A stretch of 64,000 nt of DNA, from positions 55,366,001-55,430,000 of the forward strand of contig OZ241832.1 of the NCBI GenBank assembly GCA_965202585.1. Reading direction: 5' to 3'. The stretch's first letter is position 1. Every line of letters starts with the position of its first letter. Source of the stretch: Thalia democratica (taxonomy: Eukaryota). Below are positions 27,748-39,900 of the stretch, piece by piece. The translations under genes and the position numbers were made by a program. Below the pieces are notes generated by a model. It worked only from the letters and a program-made list of their open reading frames with translations. It had not been told where the DNA came from and ran no database searches.

Positions 27748-30700
27748 TATAGTTTTATTTCTTAGTCTAACTTAATGACTTTTCAAAAAGCAACTGGAAA
27801 TATCATGAGGTGATAGATAGTAATAAATAACATAGATTTTTACAAACCATGTATAACCCCAAATAACATATATGTCAGGTTATAAAATAGTGAGAGGGAT
27901 TTCAATCGTCTATGATATATGTAATTGTTAAATATGGAAATATATAAATGAAAATATAGTATTTACTTGAAAGTAGGAGTCATAAGCACTAGATTTTTTT
28001 TTCTTTTTTTTTTTCATAAATAAAATAAACTTTTTTGTTTAAGTTTTACCTCAGGGTCAAATAATTAATAGCAAGCTAAAAATAGTAAAATAGCAAGAAA
28101 AAAAGTAAAAATCTTATGACAACCCAAAATTTTAAAATCGCCCCCTTACTAATTATCGCCCCCCAAAATACTAAAATCGCCCCCAGGGGGGCGATATCGC
28201 CCACTTTGGGAAACCCTGATATAGGCTAACATGAAATTTTTAAAAAGTATCTGACAGTTAAAACAAATATTTCAGACTCTTAAGTATTTAAAATATACTG
28301 ATTAAGAAAATAATATCTCCTTTTTGTTATAGATATAGCAGTATATAAATTATATTCATTTTTTTGAATGTTGACAGCTGCTTTTTTATACTTGATAGCT
28401 TTTGAAAATATAAACAATAGCTTCAAAAGTGTTATACAAATATTAATTGAAGTAAAATTTAAAACAACAAATTTTTCTGGTATTTCTTGAAAGTGACTGC
28501 GTTTATTTTAGAAGTGATTTTTAATAAATAAAAAATATTAAATTATGAATAGCAAGTAGTTTTAAATTTCATTTTTAAAAACAGTAATGATGTACAAAAT
28601 ATATTTTTTAAGTCAAATGTTATTAAATTTTGTCATGAAGAACAATAAATATAATTTATAACTATATGAGTTTAGTTTAACAGTTCACTTTGATATACTT
28701 CTTTGATACATGAGTCTATTTTTTAAAACAATTTACATAAGCAAATCATAAACTTTAGCTTTTTTTTTCTTCAAACTTCAACCTAAAACGTTTGTTAATC
28801 TTTATCGAAAAAATAACTCTAAAAAGCAGAAAAATGACTAAAACTGTTTAAATAACGTGTTTTTTATTTTGTTTTATTGTAATTTAACGTAACTTGTAAA
28901 ATACTCTTTCTTTATAAAAAAATTGACATGATATAAAACAACTTTATTGTAATTAAACTTAAACTACAAGTTTTCGAAAACTTTTATAATAAAAATTAAA
29001 ACATAAGCACTTTCGAAATTATGTTATTAAAAATATAATAACTTTTATTTACTTTTATTTCTATAATTACAAAACAAAACAAAAAAGTCTATACTTTTTC
29101 ATTATACTTTCATATTTGTTAAACTTTATAAAACTGCAGAAAAGTAAAAAACATGTTTTATTAGTTTGTAAAGTGTACTTTAAAGTGCTTTAATGTAAAT
29201 AAGTTTCATTTATTGGTTTAATTTTTTATGGGTTTAATATAATCAAATTTTCAATACAAAAAGAACTGAATTGTAAGCAAAAATTACTGGTATATAAGTA
29301 AATAAATATACAAAACGTCTACCAGATTTTTTCGGTATTTTTTAGTAAAGCTTAAACGCAATGAGCCTTACAGAAAAAAAAAACATTATAAATGTAAATT
29401 TTTAACTAGATATACTAGTGTATAGAAACAACTTTACTTTACTGAGAAGCAATAACGGTAAGATATTTAAATTGAAGCTGAAAAATTAAAAACAATGCTA
29501 AACTGTTTGATAACCAATTATATTACAATTAGACTAAGTTTTTATTGTCCAATTATCAAATTATGTAAAAAAATAATTGTATACGTTTAATATAAAACAG
29601 TAAAGTAAAAATTGTTTAAAACCATCCAAATAGACTGAATTCGAATATTTTTAATTTTAATTTCATAACTTCAACAAATATAGTAAAAACTAGACTATGT
29701 ACAAATATAAAAGCTGGTTTTCACCTTAATGTATTTTCAATTTAATTAAAAACAAAAATAAAAGTTGAATTTTTTATTAAAGGTTTTGGTGGTTGAGAAC
29801 GAACTATGATTAAACAAGTACGATTGGTGCTTTTCATGATGTTACAGATATAGATATTTTAAACAGACTGTCTAATAAAATCATGCCACAAAATGCTTTT
29901 TAAAACTTTCATGATTTATTTTTCCTCTCAAGAAATCAAGTTTTAATAAACAAGATGTCTGTGATATTAGAAATTGGAACTTAATCCGGATTATACTTTA
30001 TTTTATATTAAGTTAAGTATGATTTAATAGATTACAATACGTAAAACGTGTTTTATATAACAAGTTATTAGTTTATTGTGGTTGTACATCGGTTTTATTA
30101 TAAAAAACATTTATACATTAAATTAAAAAAAAAACTAATAGGATTGTATAAAAGTTCAAATATTTCAAAATAAAAATTATATAACTTCTAAACATCACAC
30201 TAAGTTTTTATAATTTATTTAAGTGACTTACAAGTTAAAAACAATTTAATGGTCTAAAAATGTTAAATAAAAGTTTAAGAAAAAATTAAAACTATAACAA
30301 CATTTTTTTTTTACTTATATTTTCGTCATTTTGTCATTAAATAATTGAATGTTATACTTGGACTGAAAGTTAAGATATTTTTTTAATAAACAAGATGTTA
30401 GAACTCTTTAGTATATAACTAGTGCGCTAAAGCCACATAGTTTAAACCTTAAAAGAAAAACGTGAAAAGTTCAAACTAAATTAACAACCGTGGGTCTTTC
30501 GAATATGTTTCAATAAATTGCGTTTTTATACTTTATTTTCCGTTAATACTATTCATGATTGTTTATTTACTTAGTACGTGTATGTTATATAGCGAATAAA
30601 TATTAAATCATAAACGACATATAACTGTTATTATCCTAGCATACAATGCATTTTCTATTTAGATGTTTTATATGCTTTTATTGTTTTTAAACCTCTTGAA

Positions 30701-31781
30701 ATTTGAATTTTTGTAAGCTTTCTAAAATACATCTTTATACAACATCATTACACATTTAAAGTAAGTTATATGCGTTTTAAATAGCATAAATTTATTAATA
30801 TTATTTCAACTAAGATTAAAACTAAATAAACTTTAATAAAAAGTTTTTGTTTTATTAACTATTTCGACAGTATTTATATACAGTTTTTTTACTCATTGTC
30901 AAAATTCAAAATAATAGTTAATTTCAAAGATATTTTGTTTCATGTCACGTGTTTAAAATAGATAAAGAAAATTATATGAAAACAAACGTAGTTATATATT
31001 TCATCAAAATCATACTAAATATATATTAAAACTTATAGACCATCCAAAAATGTTTACTTCAATTCAAAGTGAGATGCTTTATTTTGACGAAGTTTATTGT
31101 TTTAAACTTGTGGGTCATAAAATTATTTTTTCTAATGGCATTAGACAAAGAAAACCACTGTTATAGTAAACATTGGTATTTGCATTAATTACATATTAAG
31201 TTTTGTACAATTTATTAGGTACTATATTTAGATTTTATAAACGACTATTAAGATTAACGCATTTTATATGAATTTTAAGTTGTAAACAACTGTTACATAA
31301 CATTCGCTTTTTATCCTTAGTAGACTAAAAGTATACTGAAATTTCAACTGTATGTACTTTTTAACTTCTTGATTTATGCACCTTACTGCTTATAGCATAA
31401 TGTTTAGTTTAAAAAGATAAGTTTTAATAAATTAACAGTGTAGACTACATAGTTCACTAAACAAAAATTAAGCTCACAAAAAAAATAAGTCAATATAATG
31501 CATTAACCAGAAAAATCTAATGTTACGTCAAAATTGTAGATATTTCTTAACTTAAATTTCTGTCAACTATAACTTAACTGGTTCTAGTAAAATCAATAAA
31601 ACACTTTGAACTTAACTTACAGGTTAAACTAGTATTAGCTAATGATAATATATCTAAACTTTCATTTAAAGTAAATTTTTTTATAGATTTATATTTAGAT
31701 AATTACTTAAATAATTTACTAATTTTTAAGGATTAGGTCTTTTGCACAGATTGCGATCTATAAGATTTTAGTGTAGTACAA

Positions 31782-32411
31782 ACGTAATGTTCTGGACATG
31801 ACAGTAAACTGTATCTTGGTCTATGACTAGACAACCGAAAGTTTTCTTGTACACGAGGTCTTTAGACCATAATTTTGAGCGCTTTTATTCGTTTAATAAA
31901 TAATATCTATAAAAATTAGTTAAGCAGTTTTTATATTTTGCAATTTTGTTTATATATTTGTTAAACTAAGATATTTATATGTTGAAAGAAAATTTTTATT
32001 AGGAACAAGTAAGCAACTTATTTACATTAAAGCACTTTAAAGTACTCTTTACAAACTAATAAAACATTTGAGAAAAAAATTTGCGCTTCCCCTGACCAAA
32101 ATACCACGCTACGCCACTGGTGTACACGTAATGTTCTGGACATGACAGTAAACTGTATCTTGGTGTATGACTGGACAACCGAAAGGTTTCTTGTACACGA
32201 GGTCTATAGACCAAAATTTTGAGCGCTTTATTCGTTTAATAAATAATATCTATAAAAATTAGTTAAGCAGTTTTTATCTTTTGCAATTTTGTTTATATAT
32301 TTGTTAAACTAGGATATTTTATATGTTGAAAGAAATATTTTATTAGGAACAAGTAAGCAACTTATTTACATTAAAGCACTTTAAAGTACACTTTACAAAC
32401 TAATAAAACAT
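31782..32411. repeat. 286-bp direct duplication spanning the spacer/right-arm junction, separated by a 58-bp insert
   Basis: ACGTAATGTTCTGGACATG...ACAAACTAATAAAACAT at 31782-32067 and 32126-32411 (period 344). The last ~53 bp of each copy is arm sequence. Confidence 0.93.
32068..32119. mobile_element. Solo DNA-transposon end fragment
   Basis: GC-rich island ending CACGCTACGCCACTG (reverse complement CAGTGGCGTAGCG, a TIR-like start seen in invertebrate non-autonomous DNA elements). Confidence 0.5.
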
Positions 32412-33858
32412 GTTTTTTACTTTTCTGCAGTTTTATAAAGTTTAACAAATATGAAAGTATAATGAAAAAGTATAGACTTTTTTGTTTTGTTTTGTAATTA
32501 TAGAAATAAAAGTAAATAAAAATTATTATATTTTTAATAACATAATTTCGAAAGTGCTTATGTTTTAATTTCTATTATAAAAGTTTTCGAAAACTTGTAG
32601 TTTAAGTTTAATTACAATAAAGTTGTTTTATATCATGTCAAATATTTTATAAAGAAAGAATATTTTACAAGTTACCTTAAATTACAATAAAACAAAATAA
32701 AAAACACGTTATTTAAACAGTTTTAGTCAATTTTCTGCTTTTTAGAGTTATTTTTCAATAAAGATTAACAAACGTTTTAGGTTGAAGTTTGAAGAAAAAA
32801 AAAGCTAAAGTTTATGACTTGCTTATGTAAATTGTTTTAAAAAAGAAGTATATCAAAGTAAACTGTTAAACTAAACTCATATAGTTATAAATTATATTTA
32901 TTGTTCTTCATGACAAAAATATTAACCTTTGACTTAAAAAATATGTTTTGTACATCGTTACTGTTTTAAAAATGAAATTTAAAACTACTTGCTATTCATA
33001 ATTTAATATTTTTTATTTATTGAAAATCACTTCTAAAATAAACGCAGTCACTTTCAAGAAATACCAGAAAAATTTGTTGTTTTAAATTTTACTTCAATTA
33101 ATATTTGTATAACACTTTTGAAGCTATTGTTTATATTTTCAAAAGCTATCAAGTATAAAAAAGCAGCTGTCAACATTCAAAAAAATGAATATAATTTATA
33201 TACTACTATATCTATAACAAAAAGAAGATATTATTTTCTTAATCATTATATTTTGAATACTTAAGAGTCTGAAATATTTGTTTTAACTGTCAAATACTTT
33301 TTAAAAATTTCAAGTTAGCCTATATGCTATTTATTAATAAAAAACAACTTTCATTATCAAAATATTTTTTTTTTTTTTGAGTTTCAATATTGTAATACCA
33401 ATAATATGTGTATAAATTCAGATGTGGTGTAGATTTAGTGCAAATTTAATTTTTTTTTTGTTTACAGTCAACAGTAAAATATGAACGTTGTGGTTACAAA
33501 AACAAGCCTAAATTTTCTTTTTTAAACATTTCCGTTCAAAACAACAAATAAAATTCTAAGTATTATTTGACCCAAGTGCGTATGATTAATAGCAAAAAAC
33601 AAGTTCGAATAAATAAATCATAATTTGATTTTCAGAAATTCCTAATGCAATAAAACCACGTAAGATAATCTTAAGTAAATACATATATGTGGTTTAAATC
33701 TAACGACCAAATTAACATGACTTTTACAAAAATATGCACATACGAGTTAAAACCTGTTTGCGATAATTATGAGATGTTTTAATTGCAAATACAACGTTTA
33801 CGTGTAAAATTCATAAAGTGGTTAAAAAAGAAAAAAGTTAAGCGGTTAACTGAGCTGT

Positions 33859-33892
33859 TATAAAGTTAGCGAGGCTGGTTTCAATTTCATTC
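33859..33892 (+). promoter_or_regulatory. TATA box + Inr core promoter of Rh copy R
   Basis: TATAAA at 33859-33864 and TCATTC (TCAKTY Inr) at 33887-33892; A(+1) at 33889 is exactly 30 nt downstream of the TATA start. Confidence 0.6.
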
Positions 33893-33938
33893 AAGCCAAA
33901 CACTTTTACTGAAAGCTGGAAAGTTTGTAACTAGAAAA

Positions 33939-36900
33939 ATGACGTTAGTTTCAAACAACTGATTGTTTTAGCTTACGTATAATAAGCATATGGAATCATA
34001 CTTAATTATTTGTTATTTGATTTTTTAAGTTATACTGATTAACACATTTAGGTATAAACTATCTAGGAACACTTAAACAATTACTATAATTGTTATGTAA
34101 ACTAAAAAGTTAAACAAATAGAAAAAGTTTTAAGACTTTATAGAAACTGTTAGTAATTTAAGGACAGAAGATAATTGATTTAATTTTGCAACAGCTTCAA
34201 TTTTTTCCTAAGCTTGCTGTACTAACCTGAATCTCATACGGTTAACTTATTTAGAAACAAAAGGATTAAAAAAAAATTCAATGCCGAAATGGAATAATAC
34301 AAAAATAAAAAACCGCATGTCATTTACTTTTCACAGTTAAATTTCTTAAACAGTTAATTTATTAAAAGCGTTAGCGATATAGTTTTATGACAATAACTTA
34401 ACCAAAAGTACACATTGATTTTTTGGTCAGATTTTATAGTATTAATTAAAAAATAAAAATAAGTGATACTAATCGAAAATTTATTTAAAAGCACCATGCA
34501 CATTTCCAAATAACTTTCTTTTTCGCAAGTTGAATATGTTTTTTATACACAGCAACACCAGGGGATTAATATCGGGATTTTTATTTGCATCCCAAGTAGT
34601 CTTCATTATTTTGTTCGGGGTTTTCATGGAATACGATCCCTATCACACCGGACCCAAGAACAATACGTCACAAGAACAAAAGGATGCTTTAAAGAAAGAC
34701 GCGGAACTTTACCCTCGTACGTGTCACATTCATTTGTTTCAGTGACATAATTTGTGTAGTAATTTATAAGTTTCGTAAAGTTCAATATAGTTTAAGTTTT
34801 CAACTTAGTTAAAACTTAAGACTAATATAAACCGTTATGATGTTTTATTTTAGATTAAATAAGTATTAAAAACGATTTTCCGAAAATTTTAAACATATGC
34901 TCATGATCTTTATAAACTTTATATTAATTCACTTATAATTTAAAATAGGTGAAACAAGAATGTTGTTCAGTAAATCAAACTAATATACCGATTAACTTTT
35001 ACAGTTTTGTACAGCGCTGAAAACAGCTTTAAAATGATACATTATATACTTGACAATCAAATCAAGAAGTTTTCCTTTTTTAAATAAGATCATCTGCATC
35101 AATCTAAATCAGTTCAAAAAATAAAAGTTTTAATGACAGTATCTATATAAACATAAAACATTTTATGACGTCACACAGTGTTTCAAGACGTGCACGTGAT
35201 GATGCTGGTCGGTATCGGCTTCCTGTTGAGCTTCCTCAAACGTCACGGATACGGCTCGCTGGGTTTCGACTTTCTCCTCACCTGTTACGTCATACAGTGG
35301 TCGCTTCTCGTCAACGGATGGTTTGGTAACGTGGGGGGCGACGGCACAATTAAGCTTAGTTTGGAGAGGTTTTTAGTTTGTTTATATATAACAAAATTGA
35401 ATTAAGTTTTTTGTTAAAAAACACTAAGATCAATTTTGAGAGGTTTTTAAGTGGAAACTAAGTTGATATTTAGACTATTAGTTTTATGATCTGTAAGAAA
35501 AGCGCACTTTAGAGTGATGAACGATGGTAACTTTTTTGAAATTTTGTATGGTTTATGTAATTAAACGCGGTAAGAAATTTGTAACCAATTTTTAACTGTT
35601 TTTTAATTAGATAAACATAAAAGTTAAGTTTTTTATGATTAGTCGAATAACACAACAGCATAAATATGGTGTACGATGTCGTCTTAATTAACACGGTCTA
35701 TTTTTAATCATCATAACACGATTAAACGGGTAAAGAAATTTATAAAAAAAATTAAGTAGCTGTTTATTTAATTCATTAAAACTTAAACATTAACTTAATT
35801 TACTTAAAACATTAAAACTTAAATACCTCAGTTTCCTCCACGCCGATTTCGCGGTGGCTACCATCCTGATATCTTTTTGTTGTGTATTGGGTGTGGTCAG
35901 CCCCACGCAACTGGTTGTCATGGCAACTTTGGAGGTGGTGTTTTACAACATTGGTGTCTACGTTTGTCTTGAAGGATTGCAAGTTAGTATTTAAAAAATT
36001 ATTGTTTAATATATATGAAAAATATGTTTCAAAAGAAACAATAAAGCTTTTTTTTAAACTTGTTTTTATTAGTTTAAGTAGTTTTGATAATGCCCTTAGT
36101 AAGCTAGTAAATTAATGCCTGTAAAAACAGACATAACAGCTAATACACCAGGACAATTTAAGAAAATTAAATATTGTTTATATAAAGAATCAATGTAGCA
36201 TTAAAAAAATAAACTTTCTTAAAAAAAATACTGTAATAAATTCTTAACGAAGAACCACATAAATCACTAATCCAATATAATTAAATAGAATATCTAACGA
36301 GATTTATCAAAATTTAAAGCAGAACCACATTTTTATTAACTGAACATTTGTTTCTTATGATGCTTAACCAAACACTTTTGACAGATGCAAGGCTTAGTTT
36401 TATATTTACGTCGAACTTTTGAAAAGTTTTAAAGTTATACATAGAGGTTTTCTCCACCCTGTTTGAAAAGCTACAAAACTAAATACTAACATGTTTAAAA
36501 CTTTGTTTCATACTTATAACACATGACGATTATATCTATATAAATATTAATATTTAGCCGACTAGTGTAAAACTTTATTAGCTCACCGATGTAGGAGGCA
36601 CAATTGTCATTCACATATTCGCTTGCTACTTCGGACTCGCTGTTTCATTTGTGTTAAGCAAATTCGCTCCTTCTACCAATGAAAAGGAAGGATCTTCCTA
36701 CCAGTCTGATCTCTTCGCTATGATTGGTTTTTTTTTTCATTATGGGAAATGTTATGATTCACTTGTTTTTAAGCTAAATAATTCAAAATACCATGTAAAA
36801 ATGTAAATTAAATTAATAAAAAACAAATATAAAGACATGCAGGGTGCAATAGATGTAATATGCAGCTAAAGATACTATTATTCTGATTGTATTTGTACAA

Positions 36901-39900
36901 AACTTAAAAAATATAATTATAAACATCTTTACAAGCTGTATACTTCTTTTCAATTTAAACCTGTAGTTATGTAACTTTTATTTTAACTTGTTTTTTATAT
37001 TTTGTAATATCTAATATCTTACAGATCAAACAAAAAAATTAAAAAGTACTTAATTTAAAACTCAATAACTTTGTACTAAAGTTTCGAAGAGTTTACGCAT
37101 TAGATCAAAACTATGCTTAAATTTATAGACGTATTTTTAAACAATTTTTTGTAGCAAACTAAAACATATTTATTTAATTTTAATGATACAATTCTAGGAT
37201 CACTGTTTTTGTGGTTGTTTTGGCCGAGTTTCAACGCGGGACCTGCCACCGGGGCGGACAGACAAAGGGCCATAATCAACACGATAATGTCCTTGTCAGC
37301 ATGCACTACTAGCACTTTTGCACTGTCGGCTGTTTTGAACAAAGACAACAAGTTCGACATGGTTAGTGACGTCATAATTGCAGGATTTCTAGTTTTTAAT
37401 TCTTAAACTTAGTTAGCTATGTTACCTGGTTGGTAGAGTTATAAAAACTACAAGCAATACAAAGTGGTTAGTTATATTTTCGGTAATTACCATGTAATTT
37501 ATCTACGTTGAGCGCTATGAATAAAATTAATTGTATCATATACTTTACATGTATGATATATTTAACAAACTAACGTCACGTTGACAGCAGTGCTTGATAT
37601 GTACAACAAGTTTGATAGATTAGTTGTAATTACTAATCTTACTAACAAAGCTTATGTACACATGTTATTAGTGCAATTTAAGCCCGTTTACTTTATCTTC
37701 AGTACTTAGTTTTATGCAATTAGGTAGTTGGTAGGAAAAAAACAATTAGTTATATATATATATTTCATATTTAAAAGAAAGGTTTTTTATGTTTCTTTTT
37801 TCTGAGCGCTTAATTGCATCACTGAAAACTTCGAGAAAATAGTTAAAAATATATTTTCGAAGTTTGTGTTTTACATTTTCAGGAGTTTAATTTATCATTT
37901 TGTCATAGTAAACTAGATCTTGAACATCGTTTAAAAGTTCTGTGGGGTATTTTTAAAAGTTTATAACACCTAACATACTTTTCAATATAAATAAATATTC
38001 AAATGATATTAATTTAAAATTTACACTTGGTGAAAATTACAACAAAGCAAAATTGTTTGATTTCCGTTGAAGTCTAATCAATAATTTTTATGTTTGATTT
38101 TTTAATAAATTGTTGAAAAAAAATGTTGCTTGAATACTTTTAAAATAAATAACATTAGTATAAGAAACACAAGCAAGCATTATTATATAATAGATAAGAT
38201 ACGTATTGTCATAAACTTGATGTTTAATGCATCGTGATGCTAGTTTTATACTGCTAAAAAATTTCAATAAAAGAAAATGAAATATTTCAATATAAAGTTG
38301 TTTTATAAAAAACACACTTACATTCCGATAAATGACTTTGTGCTAATCAAAATTGTAGCAATTGTTGTTTGTTAAGCTAAAGGCGTAGCTCCGTTAAAAA
38401 ATATGACGTTCAAAAATCAATTAACGCGAATGTTCAAAGCAAAAGTAATAACAGAATGGTCATTAAAAGAATTCATAATAGAGTTAAGCACTCTTTGTTT
38501 TGTAAGCTAAAAACGTAGTACACTTGAATTCTTATGAAATTAAAAAAAAAAACTTCTTTTAATCACAAGAAAAAGTAATTTTAGAACGCTTATTTATTAA
38601 TTGTAGCGACAAACTTTATTTTCATACACGCTATTTTATTTGATCACTTGCATAGAATTTTTCTGTTGCACATTTAAATAATATTCAACTATAATCCTTT
38701 AAAAGCGTATAAGTCGTTAAATTAGATATTCTAAAAATTTTGATTATTCGAATATCGCTTAAACTTAGAAAATTAATAGTTTGATACATAAGTTTCCGGA
38801 TAATTTTAAGTTTTTTATATACTACACAACAGTAAGGTAATTTCAATGTTAAAAACTTTAAAAACTGTGAAAAAAAACTTTGAGTAAAATACATATATAA
38901 ATCGTTTTTTAATTTATATTTTATAGTAGTTTAATAATAAAAAACAAAAGTATTCGCACGTAAAAAGCATAAAACAGTTTGTAAAGTAGTTCGACAGATA
39001 TGACAACAGCACTAGAACTTTTTCAAATAAAAATAGTTGTTAATAAAAATCAAACATAGAATTTTAAATGGTTATCATAAATAAAAAAAAGTTAAGTTTT
39101 CTTTTAATGAATTAGTTTATATTTTTCATCTATAACTAATGTACTACTATTACTTAATAAAAATGTGAGTAATTGCAAACTATATAATCTAAAAAAAACT
39201 CTAATCAATTTTCACTTGAAAATTGTATATAAAACCGTTTTATTAACTGTTTTTTAATTATTTATAAAAAAATTTTTTTTTGGATATTTTAAACTTATAA
39301 CTAATCTTTCAAAGCTCATTTTATTTCGTTTTAAAGAGTCTTGATATGATTTTTTTTTCTTTATCAAAATGAGTAAGTCATTGTTATTTTATTGGTTTTT
39401 TATTCACTGAAGTCTTACAATTAGTGTTATGCAAAAATTTAAAAAAATATTAAAACCTTGCGGCGGGTTTTAAGTAGCAGATTGTGTAATCAATGCGGTC
39501 AAGTAGGTCAAGCTTTCTTTTAATCCATAAAAACAATCACGCCAAATTCATCATAAATAAACTATTTAAAAAACTGTTTGCAAAACCCAGTATTAGCACA
39601 TGTTTATCGTACTTTAACACCTAATAAAATGATAAAAATGTTTTTACCTTTGAAAAATTTATAACAGGCTTAGCAAGCGGTGTGATTGAAATAGCAGATT
39701 GTATAATTAACGAAGTCGATTAATTTAATTTTACATTCTTCTAAACTACTCTTTTTGCAAACTAGAACATTCAAAAGATTATGTTACATTCAAACTTCTC
39801 ACAGGTGCACGTACAAAACGCAGCACTGGCAGGTGGTGTTATAATGGGGGCAAACGCAGATTTCCTCGTTCAACCGTACATTGCACTTATAATGGGGGCA

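Larger units (their letters stand above)
24917..28218. mobile_element. Non-autonomous hAT-superfamily (Charlie/Buster-like) element with nested insertions, 3,302 bp
   Basis: Perfect 14-bp TIR CAGGGTTTCCCAAA / TTTGGGAAACCCTG; 8-bp TSD ATATAGGC at 24909-24916 and 28219-28226; ATCGCCCC subterminal repeats at both ends; empty site with a single ATATAGGC in the right arm (complement, ~33318-33325). Confidence 0.93.
11345..29205. repeat. Left arm of ~35 kb inverted segmental duplication (includes 3.3 kb hAT insertion)
   Basis: Reverse complement matches 32359-46551 throughout, e.g. TTTGAAAGTACTAGTTT at 11345 vs AAACTAGTACTTTCAAA ending 46551, and AAAGTGCTTTAATGTAAATAAGTT ending 29205 vs AACTTATTTACATTAAAGCACTTT starting 32359. 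Confidence 0.95.

Noticed and set aside
33650-33810. TACGTG (HRE-like) and GATA motifs in the proximal Rh promoter
   Set aside because: Short motifs are expected by chance, and conservation between arms is uninformative given overall arm identity.
34530-34552. ORF-track start (TTG 34530 / ATG 34536) for Rh copy R
   Set aside because: The ATG is ATA in the sister arm and lies in the polypyrimidine tract before the CAG acceptor; the upstream ATGAC micro-exon fits both arms.
35179-35368. High exon GC/CpG as evidence of GC-biased conversion specific to the palindrome
   Set aside because: The single-copy GNAT-like exons are similarly GC-rich, so this looks like a genome-wide exon property.
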